Source: an uncultured Rikenellaceae bacterium
Lineage (GTDB): Bacteria; Bacteroidota; Bacteroidia; Bacteroidales; Rikenellaceae
DNA: 56,020 bases
Direction: 5' to 3'
Assembly (NCBI GenBank): GCA_964371395.1
Contig: CAYJLU010000001.1
Span: forward strand, 1 to 56,020
In this document: positions 29,157-37,994 of the stretch, piece by piece
How the letters are laid out: every line of letters starts with the position of its first letter
Position numbering within the stretch: position 1 is the first letter of the stretch
The notes under the pieces: model-generated
Told to the model about the DNA's origin: nothing
Databases searched by the model: none
What the model saw: the letters and a program-made list of their open reading frames with translations, nothing else
Made by a program: the position numbers and the translations under genes

Positions 29157-30314
29157 ATGAAGAAGTTATTTAAGATTCTCTTTAGTATTATTTTAGTTAT
29201 TGCTCTGATAATTGACTTACTACAAATACCCACTCCAATTTATTCGCTCCCCGAACCTACCCCCTTTAGTGGCACAGAGTTTCATAATCCGTATGCTAAG
29301 TTGGACTCCACAGTAAAATTTGTAAAGGTAAATCTCCACGCACACCAAAGCAGAAAAGGCGCACCCCTAGAGATGATGTATGACTACCAAGAGGGAGAAT
29401 TCGACTCTCTGTACAGTGAGGCTGGCTACCACCTAGCACTTATTACTGACCATCAATATATCAATCCACTCTCGCCAGTATCAGCCTATGAACACGGATA
29501 TAATCTCCAAAATTTTCATATAAATAGCTTCAAAACAACTGAGATGTGGGGTGTAGATATTCCATTTATGCTCAATGCTCGTTCGCAGATGCAGTGGCAA
29601 ATCAATCAACTAAAAAAACGAGCACAGTACCTTAGTCTCAACCACCCCTCACGACTAAGAATGGGATTCACGCCAGATCACATATCAACACTCAGAGGTT
29701 ACGACTTCATAGAGATGGATTGCATAGGTGGTAACGCACCGTGGGATATTGCTCTATCCTCGGGGTACTATCCTATGCTAACGGCAACTGATGACTCACA
29801 CTACCCAGATCCAAGGAAACGCTTTCAGGGTAGATACACAATGGTAACGCTCGATGAACAAGGAGAGATTTGGCAAGGATTAAAAGATGGGATGAGTTAT
29901 GGAGTAGAACTTCATAGTGGCGAGCCTCCGAGGGGTAAGTGCAGCGAGCCAACACTTCTGAGTGTCAAGCTCAAGGGGGATACTCTCTTAGTTGCTATGA
30001 AAGAGGCGGTGGACTCCGTGCTATTTATTGGGCAGGGTGGTGCTGTTATGCAGAGTTCCAAGGCAATGCAATACATAGTTCAGCATAGTGATACATATAT
30101 CCGTACGGAGCTATTCCTAAGTAATGGTATGGTAGTGTGGCTTAACCCTATTGCAAGGGTTTCGGCACTTAATGAGCACCCCGAAGTCGATGTTAGCTAT
30201 CTACTCACTGCGTTAAATATAATATGGCGATTGATACTTGCCATAGTAATACTAAAAATACTTAAATGGTTATGGAGAAGAAAGAGAACAAGGATGTTTT
30301 ATACGGCATATTAG
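29157..30314 (+). CDS. Membrane-anchored PHP-fold metallo-phosphoesterase-like protein
   Basis: NLHAH, ITDH, YEHG, NHP and TDDSH metal motifs; N- and C-terminal hydrophobic helices. The start was set to ATG 29157 because -7 TATCTTTG overlaps the GTG at 29115. Confidence 0.7.
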   Translation: MKKLFKILFSIILVIALIIDLLQIPTPIYSLPEPTPFSGTEFHNPYAKLDSTVKFVKVNLHAHQSRKGAPLEMMYDYQEGEFDSLYSEAGYHLALITDHQYINPLSPVSAYEHGYNLQNFHINSFKTTEMWGVDIPFMLNARSQMQWQINQLKKRAQYLSLNHPSRLRMGFTPDHISTLRGYDFIEMDCIGGNAPWDIALSSGYYPMLTATDDSHYPDPRKRFQGRYTMVTLDEQGEIWQGLKDGMSYGVELHSGEPPRGKCSEPTLLSVKLKGDTLLVAMKEAVDSVLFIGQGGAVMQSSKAMQYIVQHSDTYIRTELFLSNGMVVWLNPIARVSALNEHPEVDVSYLLTALNIIWRLILAIVILKILKWLWRRKRTRMFYTAY

Positions 30315-30979
30315 GCTATCGATTAACACATTCGTTTTCGTATAAATGGTTCGAGTCAAGGGGTTTTCGATTTAGGAATTTTGAGTACCAGAGTATAGAA
30401 GACTTTTTAGCTGTAATGCCTAGGGAGTTACAAGGTTTTTCGGTAACAATTCCACATAAAGAGACCATCATAGAGTTTCTCGATCAACTAGACACTACGG
30501 CACAAGAGATCGGAGCGGTGAATTGTGTAAAGGTTGTCGAGGGCAGGCTCATAGGATATAATACCGATAATATCGGCTTTAAGGAATCATTACTCCCACT
30601 ACTTACGCCTCGACATAGGCGTGCAGCTGTACTCGGTTCGGGGGGTGCTAGCAAGGCAGTATTATGGACGCTAGCTAGCCTCGGTATAGAGTCTCAGGTA
30701 ATCTCACGAAGTGACAATGGATACGAGCACTTTAATCCTTCAGCGGTGGATATTATCATAAATACCACTCCTTTGGGTATGTATCCAAATGTTGATCAGT
30801 GCCCTGATATTGACTACACTTCAATCTCTAGCCATTCTATATGCTATGATTTAGTCTATAATCCCGCTCAGACCCTTTTTCTTAGTCGATGTAGAGCGCA
30901 AGGCGCAACTGTTATAACGGGGCTTAGAATGTTGCATTTACAGGCAGTAGCCGCACTACAAATATACGAGACTGACTAA
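30266..30979 (+). CDS. aroE: Shikimate dehydrogenase
   Basis: HSFS, SVTIPHKE, GAVN, GYNTD, LGSGGAS, NTTPLGM and YDLVYNP motifs. Confidence 0.93.
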   Translation: MVMEKKENKDVLYGILGYRLTHSFSYKWFESRGFRFRNFEYQSIEDFLAVMPRELQGFSVTIPHKETIIEFLDQLDTTAQEIGAVNCVKVVEGRLIGYNTDNIGFKESLLPLLTPRHRRAAVLGSGGASKAVLWTLASLGIESQVISRSDNGYEHFNPSAVDIIINTTPLGMYPNVDQCPDIDYTSISSHSICYDLVYNPAQTLFLSRCRAQGATVITGLRMLHLQAVAALQIYETD

Positions 30980-31079
30980 CCGAAGCTCTAAACTAGTACT
31001 ACTCTTTTACTGTTCATTTCAACAGAAGTTTGAAGAGTATTTTGTGTGTCTAGATTAGTTCGCTTTGGTTAGTCAGTCT
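30969..31079. repeat. Long nested imperfect inverted repeat between convergent aroE and pepD
   Basis: AGACTGACTAACC/GGTTAGTCAGTCT (13 bp perfect), plus inner pairs AAGC/GCTT, CTAG/CTAG, TACTCTT/AAGAGTA and CTGTT/AACAG. Confidence 0.85.
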
Positions 31080-31097
31080 TGAGTATTTATTAGTGGT

Positions 31098-32543
31098 TTA
31101 CAGAGTCTCTAATGCTTTAACCAAGAATTCATAGAACTTATCAACTGTGTCAATCTTAACTTTTTCGTCTGGTGAGTGAGGGAATCTGATAGTTGGACCG
31201 CAAGAGATCATATCTAACTCAGGGTACTTTGCGCCAATAATACCGCACTCCAGACCAGCGTGTATAGCCTTAACCTCTGGAACTCTACCATAGAGTTCGT
31301 TATAGAGTGACTTCATCTTAGAAAGTATATTTGAGCTCATATTAGGTGCCCAACCATCGTAGTCACCCGTCTCAGTAACAGTTGCACCAGCGCACTCCCA
31401 TACCGCACGAATCATAGCATTCAACTCAATCTTACCGTAGTTTACCATACAACGAGTCATAAATAGTATGTTGAGATTACCTCCCTTAACCTCTACACGG
31501 CTCATATTGGTCGATGTCTCCACTAGACCCTCCATAGCGTCGCTCATTCGGAAGATGCCATTAGGAGTAGCAGTAATAGCGTTGATGATTTTAGTTTGAT
31601 CCTCTAGACTAAGCACCTCTGTGGCTGCTGATTCCTGAGCTGCACTAAAGAGAATACTATCCTCAACAGCACTATACTCTTGTTGTATTGTGGCTTGATA
31701 ATCAGTAACTTCATCTAGGAAATTTGCAACGTTTTCAGATGGAACTACTACAAGTGCAGTAGCCTCACGAGGAATAGCATTACGCAGCCCGCCGCCATCA
31801 ATCTCACATAATCTAATGCTATTCTTTGCAATCTGTTCACGGATAAAGCGATTCAGGAGCTTATTAGCATTACCTCTTTGTAGGATAATCTCCATACCAG
31901 AGTGCCCACCCTTTAACCCTCTAAGGCTCAGGCGAATAGTAGTATATCCAGCTGATAGTGATTCAGGTGTGTAGGTCATATTCACAGAGTTATTAACCGC
32001 ACCTGCACAACCTACATATAGTTCACCCTCATCCTCTGAATCGAGGTTAATTAGCGTTTTGCCAGTTAGAATATCAGTGCCTAGTCCATTAGCACCTGTT
32101 AATCCAGTCTCTTCGTCAACGGTAAAGAGTGCTTCGATGCGTGGGTGTTTTAGGGTATTGTCCGAAAGAATTGCAAGCATTGCAGCACATCCTATACCAT
32201 TGTCAGCCCCTAGTGTTGTATCTTGAGCCGTTACCCACTCACCATCAATTAGTGGAATGATAGAGTCGGTGGTAAAGTCAAAGTTCGTCTCAGAGTTTTT
32301 CTGAGGAACCATATCTATGTGTGCTTGTAGAATAACAGCATCGTGTGTCTCGTAGCCAGCAGTTGCAGGTTTCTCTATAACGATATTCTGCATCTCGTCT
32401 AATCGATAGCTTAGGGATTGAGTCTCTGCAAATTTTTTGAGATACTCAAGCAGTGCAGTTTCGTGCTTTGAAGGGTGTGGGATTTCGCAAATGTCGGCGA
32501 AGTAATTCCAAACATTAGTAGGTTTTAATTCTCTAATAGTCAT
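31098..32543 (-). CDS. pepD: Aminoacyl-histidine dipeptidase (M20C)
   Basis: IPHPS, QAHIDMV, TTLGADNGIG, DEETG, NLDSE, GGHSG, HAGLECG and HSPDE motifs. Confidence 0.96.
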   Translation of the reverse strand: MTIRELKPTNVWNYFADICEIPHPSKHETALLEYLKKFAETQSLSYRLDEMQNIVIEKPATAGYETHDAVILQAHIDMVPQKNSETNFDFTTDSIIPLIDGEWVTAQDTTLGADNGIGCAAMLAILSDNTLKHPRIEALFTVDEETGLTGANGLGTDILTGKTLINLDSEDEGELYVGCAGAVNNSVNMTYTPESLSAGYTTIRLSLRGLKGGHSGMEIILQRGNANKLLNRFIREQIAKNSIRLCEIDGGGLRNAIPREATALVVVPSENVANFLDEVTDYQATIQQEYSAVEDSILFSAAQESAATEVLSLEDQTKIINAITATPNGIFRMSDAMEGLVETSTNMSRVEVKGGNLNILFMTRCMVNYGKIELNAMIRAVWECAGATVTETGDYDGWAPNMSSNILSKMKSLYNELYGRVPEVKAIHAGLECGIIGAKYPELDMISCGPTIRFPHSPDEKVKIDTVDKFYEFLVKALETL

Positions 32544-32565
32544 TGTTTTTATAAGTTAGTTAAGG

Positions 32566-33288
32566 TTAATATTCTATTCTAGTTAAAAAAAGTCCATCAT
32601 AGGGTGCAGCAGCACTTGCCCTGCGACAATCCCTGCTTTGAATAATATCTCCAAAATCCTCGGGGCTAAGTTTACCTCTACCCACATCAACTAATGTTCC
32701 CACTATTAGTCGTACCATTCCCCTCAAGAATCTATCGGCTACTATTGTAAATGTATAACGTTCATCGGTGATGCTCCACTGAGCCTTTGTAATCTTACAC
32801 AGCGAGGTCTTATTGTCAGATCCCACCTTCTCGAATGCGCTAAAATTATCATTGGTAAGTAGTTTGTCGGCAGCCAACTGCATCATCTCAACATCAAGAG
32901 GCTTTGTCATTTGCCAGCTTTGGTGTTGCGAAAAGGGATCTTTATGTCTGGAGATAAAGTATTGATATTCACGCTCCATTGCGTCAAATCTAGCGTGTTT
33001 TTCGCTAGGGTAGATCCTCTGTATTGCAATATCACGACTCAGAATAGCATTTAATCGATAGACGAACTGTTGGTCAATGGGTGTACTACCTTGATAGTCG
33101 AAGTGCGCAACATAGAAACTACTATGCACTCCTGTGTCAGTGCGTCCACACCCAACCAACTCTACTTCACAACGAAGCAAAGTTGCCATCGCACTCTCAA
33201 TAGCCTCCTGAACGGTATGTGCGTTAGGTTGGCGTTGCCACCCGTGAAAATTAGTACCCCGATATGCTAGTTCTATAAAAAATCTCAT
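32566..33288 (-). CDS. truA: tRNA pseudouridine(38-40) synthase
   Basis: FHGWQRQP, GCGRTDTGVH, HARF and FLRGMVR motifs; start set to ATG 33288. Confidence 0.96.
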   Translation of the reverse strand: MRFFIELAYRGTNFHGWQRQPNAHTVQEAIESAMATLLRCEVELVGCGRTDTGVHSSFYVAHFDYQGSTPIDQQFVYRLNAILSRDIAIQRIYPSEKHARFDAMEREYQYFISRHKDPFSQHQSWQMTKPLDVEMMQLAADKLLTNDNFSAFEKVGSDNKTSLCKITKAQWSITDERYTFTIVADRFLRGMVRLIVGTLVDVGRGKLSPEDFGDIIQSRDCRRASAAAPYDGLFLTRIEY

Positions 33289-33342
33289 AATAAAATTGCT
33301 CAAATCTCAACGAAGATACAAATTTTTTGTAAATTTGTTAGT

Positions 33343-34368
33343 ATGACTAAGCGATTTTTTATATTGACTGCTGTTTGTTTGTTAGCGTTGAGTAGTAGCG
33401 TTACTGCTCAGAGGCGTGTTGATGTCTCTATCGAGGGACTCTTTGCCTTTGATCCCCTTACGGGCTACTATTGCAAAGAATCACTACCATCAGTAGCTAC
33501 ATATATCGAGGCGTGGAGGCAAGAGAGTGAAGTTTTGTTGTATATTGACAATAGGCTATCGTGGGGATACCGCCACTACTGCTCAGAGGTTGACACTACG
33601 TTACTTCTACGAGTGAGTGAGTATCTTGGAGGTGAGATTTTACCTAGAGTAGATAGTTCATATTTACGAGATATTTCGGATTTTCCGCAAAGTCGAGCTT
33701 TTAATGCGCACTTTGCATCGGATATTGAGGCGATAAAGCGGTACTTCGCAACCCCGATACATAGGTTCGATAGTGTGTTGAGCTATAATCCTTATGGTGA
33801 TAGTGATTTTGAGTCGCTGTTTCATACATTCCAGTGTGATATAACAGGCGCTGATATCTCGCTATTCTCTCCGCCTAGTCTAACAGCTATACTACCATCA
33901 GAGTTATACATCAGACAGCTTGTTGAATTGTTGTACTTCGATAACGAACTAGTGGTAGTACAGTTAAGTGGCAGGCAATTACGTGATATTTTAGAGAGGA
34001 GTTACTCGACTAGGTATTATACCGTAAAGAGTAGTAGCGATGACCTTCTACGGATAAATTCATCACACTACTACCATATTTCAATTAGTGATACGCCCCA
34101 CACTGTAAATCTCGCAAAGAAACGAGGCAACAGGGTAGAAAACTGGAAATTAGAGGCAGATAAACTATACTTGGTTGCACTAAATTCATTCCTTGCTAAA
34201 GATTTCGAGGTGTTGAGAAATTTTGGTGACTATAAGGATTTGATTATAGAGTGGTTAAAAGTAAATAATAATCGGTTTTCAAGAAGAATATTAGCTGATT
34301 TACAGCCTAAAAGAGTAGTGGATAAAATAATTGAGAGAGAAAGCCTAAGTATATTTGGAAGTGAATAG
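33343..34368 (+). CDS. Exported protein with a 5'-nucleotidase C-terminal-like domain and an eroded metallophosphatase N-terminus
   Basis: Signal peptide; ADISLFSP, LYFDNELVVVQLSGRQLRDILE and YLVALNSF match the CpdB/UshA C-domain pattern. Confidence 0.6.
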   Translation: MTKRFFILTAVCLLALSSSVTAQRRVDVSIEGLFAFDPLTGYYCKESLPSVATYIEAWRQESEVLLYIDNRLSWGYRHYCSEVDTTLLLRVSEYLGGEILPRVDSSYLRDISDFPQSRAFNAHFASDIEAIKRYFATPIHRFDSVLSYNPYGDSDFESLFHTFQCDITGADISLFSPPSLTAILPSELYIRQLVELLYFDNELVVVQLSGRQLRDILERSYSTRYYTVKSSSDDLLRINSSHYYHISISDTPHTVNLAKKRGNRVENWKLEADKLYLVALNSFLAKDFEVLRNFGDYKDLIIEWLKVNNNRFSRRILADLQPKRVVDKIIERESLSIFGSE

Positions 34369-34410
34369 AAAAAGATATAATTTTGTATTTTAAAACTAAA
34401 AAATAAATCA

Positions 34411-37269
34411 ATGCAGGATAGATTCATAGACCGTCATATCGGTCCAAATCAAAGTGAACTCCAGGAGATGCTCTCGACCATTGGAGTTGGTAGCGTAGAG
34501 GAGTTAATCTCAGCGGTCGTGCCACAGAATATTCGCCTACACGAACCTCTAAAGCTCGCAGAACCGATGAGCGAGGCGGAGTTTGCAGTTCATATTCGTG
34601 AACTAGGTAAGAAGAATAAGTCGTTACGTTCGCTCATAGGTGTTGGATACTACTCAAGTGCAGTACCAGCAGTTATCATTCGTAATATCTTCGAGAATCC
34701 AGCTTGGTATACCTCATATACGCCTTATCAAGCAGAGATTTCACAGGGTCGCCTAGAGGCACTACTTAATTTCCAGACTATGGTATGCTCGCTTACTGGT
34801 ATGGAGATTTCTAACTGTTCGCTACTAGACGAGGCATCGGCAACAGCCGAGGCAATGACAATGATGTATGCTCAACGTAGCCGTGCGGCAGTTAAGGAGG
34901 GACGTAATCTCTTATTTGTGGACGAAAACATCTTCCCACAGATACTCGACCTACTACTCACTCGCTCTGAACCACTAGGTATTGAGCTTGCCGTTGATAA
35001 CTTCTATGACTATGAGTTTACAGGCAGGGAGTTTGGTGCTATTGTTCAGTATCCAGCAGCAAATGGAGAGATATGCAACTATGAGGACTTTACCTCAGCG
35101 TGTCACCAACGTGAGGTATTAGTATCAGCATCGGTTGATATGCTTTCATTAGCTCTTTTAAAGTCACCGGCAGAGTGGGGCGCAGATATTGCAGTGGGTT
35201 CGACAGGTCGCTTCGGTATTCCGCTCGGTTATGGAGGTCCTCACGCAGCTTACCTTGCGACTAAAGAGGCGTATAAACGCAATATGCCAGGGCGTATTAT
35301 CGGTGTATCGGTAGATAGATTAGGTAATAAAGCGTTGCGAATGGCACTTCAAACCAGAGAACAACACATTAAGCGTGATAAGGCAACCTCTAATATATGT
35401 ACAGCACAGGCACTACTGGCTACTATGGCAGGTATGTTTGCTGTCTATCACGGGGAGCAGGGTATCAAGCGTATAGCTATGAACTGCCACTCGCTAGCCT
35501 CAGCGGCAGCCAAAGCACTAGAAAAGTTAGGCTATACCATAAGTACAGAGAACTTCTTTGATACTATTGAGGTAGAGGTTGAAGATTCTGCAATTATTCG
35601 TGACATTGCTCAAATTAATGGATTAAATCTATACTATCCATCAGAGACGCAGGTACGCTTCAGCTTTGATGAGCTATCAGATATTAAGGAACTAAATAGA
35701 GTAATTCGAGTATTTGCTCTAGCGATTGGAGGCGATAATTTCCCAGCGATTGATAGCGTATCAGAGGGTATTAGTTTTGCTCCAGAATTTGTACGTGAAA
35801 GTTCAATACTTACAGAGAGCGTATTTAAAAAATACCACTCAGAGACAGAACTGATGCGTTATATCAAGAAGTTAGAGCGTAGGGATATATCCCTTGCCGA
35901 CTCAATGATTTCGCTTGGTTCTTGTACAATGAAACTTAATTCAGCGGTATCAATGATGCCACTATCGCTTTCAGAGTGGAATGATATTCACCCATTTGTA
36001 CCAGTGGAGCAGGCTCAGGGCTACCAAGAACTTATTGCTGAACTCGATGCTATGATTTCGGAGATTACGGGTTTTGCACGAATGAGCTTTCAGCCAAACT
36101 CAGGTGCTCACGGTGAGTATGCTGGCCTAATGGTTATTCGTGCTTACCACGAGTCGAGAGGTCAGGGGCATAGAAATATCGCACTTATTCCAGCCTCAGC
36201 ACACGGAACTAACCCTGCTTCGGCAGTAATGGCAGGTATGCAGGTGGTCGTTGCCGCTTGCGATCAGAATGGTAATATCGACCTTGAGGACTGGAAGGCT
36301 AAGGCTGAATTACATAAGGACAATCTAGCTTGTTCGATGATTACCTACCCATCTACTCACGGTGTTTTTGAGAGCCGTATTCGTGAATTGATTCAGATAA
36401 CTCACAATAATGGCGGTCAGGTTTACTACGATGGAGCTAATATGAATGCAGTTTGCGGACTATCCTCTCCGGGATTTATGGGCGCAGATGTTTGTCACCT
36501 GAACCTACACAAGACCTTTGCAATTCCTCACGGTGGTGGAGGGCCGGGTGTTGGTGCGATTGGTGTAGCGGATCATTTAGTGAAATTTTTACCATCTCAC
36601 CCAATAATGAAGTGTGGAGGCGAGGAGGGTATTACGGCTGTTTCGGCAGCTCCATATGGCTCTGCACTAGTGTTGTTAATCACCTATGGTTATGTCAAGA
36701 TGATTGGTGCTGAGGGTATAAAGCGTATATCGGAGACGGCAATAGTATCGGCAAACTATATTGCTTCGGCACTTAAGGGTAAGATTGATGTTGTGTATAG
36801 TGGTGAGACGGGTAGAGTTGGTCACGAGACAATTCTAGATTACCGTAGATATCGTCAGGATTATGGTGTTGAGTGCGCTGATATTGCACGAAGATTAATG
36901 GATTACGGTTTCCACGCTCCAACACTTAGTTTCCCGGTCTACGATACCCTTATGGTTGAACCTACCGAGAGTGAGAGCAAAGCTGAAATAGACCGTTTTA
37001 TTGAGACACTCCTTAATATCAAGGCCGAGTGTGAGGAGTTTAAGGGTGTTCAAGATGCAGATCACATTGTGAAGAATGCGCCGCATACCGCAGCAGAGAT
37101 TGCAAGGGATGAGGAGCAGTGGGGGCATAGCTACTCACGTTCACAGGCAGCATTCCCGCTAGAGTGGGTAGGCGAGAATAAATTCTTCCCATACGTCTCG
37201 AAGATCGATGCAGGTTATGGCGACAGAAACCTTATGTGTACTTGTGCGCCGCTAGATTCATATAAATAG
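34411..37269 (+). CDS. gcvP: Glycine dehydrogenase (glycine cleavage P protein)
   Basis: RHIGP, YTPYQAEISQGRLE, ATSNICTAQ, LGSCTMKLN, HLNLHKTF and MVEPTESE motifs. Confidence 0.98.
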   Translation: MQDRFIDRHIGPNQSELQEMLSTIGVGSVEELISAVVPQNIRLHEPLKLAEPMSEAEFAVHIRELGKKNKSLRSLIGVGYYSSAVPAVIIRNIFENPAWYTSYTPYQAEISQGRLEALLNFQTMVCSLTGMEISNCSLLDEASATAEAMTMMYAQRSRAAVKEGRNLLFVDENIFPQILDLLLTRSEPLGIELAVDNFYDYEFTGREFGAIVQYPAANGEICNYEDFTSACHQREVLVSASVDMLSLALLKSPAEWGADIAVGSTGRFGIPLGYGGPHAAYLATKEAYKRNMPGRIIGVSVDRLGNKALRMALQTREQHIKRDKATSNICTAQALLATMAGMFAVYHGEQGIKRIAMNCHSLASAAAKALEKLGYTISTENFFDTIEVEVEDSAIIRDIAQINGLNLYYPSETQVRFSFDELSDIKELNRVIRVFALAIGGDNFPAIDSVSEGISFAPEFVRESSILTESVFKKYHSETELMRYIKKLERRDISLADSMISLGSCTMKLNSAVSMMPLSLSEWNDIHPFVPVEQAQGYQELIAELDAMISEITGFARMSFQPNSGAHGEYAGLMVIRAYHESRGQGHRNIALIPASAHGTNPASAVMAGMQVVVAACDQNGNIDLEDWKAKAELHKDNLACSMITYPSTHGVFESRIRELIQITHNNGGQVYYDGANMNAVCGLSSPGFMGADVCHLNLHKTFAIPHGGGGPGVGAIGVADHLVKFLPSHPIMKCGGEEGITAVSAAPYGSALVLLITYGYVKMIGAEGIKRISETAIVSANYIASALKGKIDVVYSGETGRVGHETILDYRRYRQDYGVECADIARRLMDYGFHAPTLSFPVYDTLMVEPTESESKAEIDRFIETLLNIKAECEEFKGVQDADHIVKNAPHTAAEIARDEEQWGHSYSRSQAAFPLEWVGENKFFPYVSKIDAGYGDRNLMCTCAPLDSYK

Positions 37270-37277
37270 AGTGTAAT

Positions 37278-37333
37278 TAATTTGTTAAGTGTCAGAGGTA
37301 ATAAACGTGTTAGTTATGACGCTTAACAAATTA
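37278..37333 (+). terminator. Hairpin, probable terminator after gcvP
   Basis: TAATTTGTTAAGTGTCA / TGACGCTTAACAAATTA, 17 bp with one G-U pair. Confidence 0.65.
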
Positions 37334-37354
37334 TATGTTTTACCATAGAGGATA

Positions 37355-37369
37355 TGGCACCTTAATTGC
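37355..37369 (+). promoter_or_regulatory. Putative sigma-54 (-24/-12) promoter of slyD
   Basis: TGGCAC-CTTAA-TTGC has exact GG-N10-GC spacing and ends 35 nt before the ATG. Confidence 0.6.
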
Positions 37370-37403
37370 CATAAAAATATTTAAAACTGAATAGAATAAT
37401 AAA

Positions 37404-37964
37404 ATGAAAATTAAAGAAAATCTTTTCGTCTCGCTTGCTTACGAATTAACTGTTGAGGATAAAGTTGTTGATAGTGCGAATAGTGAGCGTCCACTAGAAT
37501 TTATCTATGGAATGGGTATGTTGTTACCAGCATTTGAGGCTCAAATTGATGGCAAAGAAGTTGGCGAAACTTTTACTTTTACACTAACTCCAGAGCAAGG
37601 CTACGGTGTGATTAATCCAGATGCAGTTGTTGAGTTACCAATGCAAATATTCGAGGTTGACGGAAAGGTTGCCGAGGGTCTACTAGTAGTAGGAAATGCA
37701 CTACCAATGGGTGATAACCAAGGAAATAGAATGATGGGTATTATCAAGGCAGTAGGCGAGAATACAGTTACTATGGACTTTAACCACACAATGGCAGGTA
37801 AGACTCTTAATTTCTCTGGTTCTGTACTAGAGGTTAGAGAGAGCAACGAAGAGGATGCTGCTAAGTTCTTTGGTACAGCTGGCGGTGGATGCGGCTGTGG
37901 TTGTGGTGACCAGAATGAAAGTTGTGAGAGCAAAGGAGATTGCGGTTGCGAAGGCGGTTGCTAA
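37404..37964 (+). CDS. slyD: FKBP-type PPIase SlyD with a Cys/Gly-rich metal-binding tail
   Basis: PLEFIYG, PEQGYG and MDFNHTMAGKTLNF motifs; tail GGGCGCGCG...CGCEGGC. Confidence 0.92.
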   Translation: MKIKENLFVSLAYELTVEDKVVDSANSERPLEFIYGMGMLLPAFEAQIDGKEVGETFTFTLTPEQGYGVINPDAVVELPMQIFEVDGKVAEGLLVVGNALPMGDNQGNRMMGIIKAVGENTVTMDFNHTMAGKTLNFSGSVLEVRESNEEDAAKFFGTAGGGCGCGCGDQNESCESKGDCGCEGGC

Positions 37965-37994
37965 TATCTTTTTATCTAAAAAGATAGTTAATCA

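Noticed and set aside
37878..37964. Cys/Gly-rich low-complexity repeat at the end of slyD
   Set aside because: A metal-binding tail is a known feature of SlyD proteins, so this is not novel.
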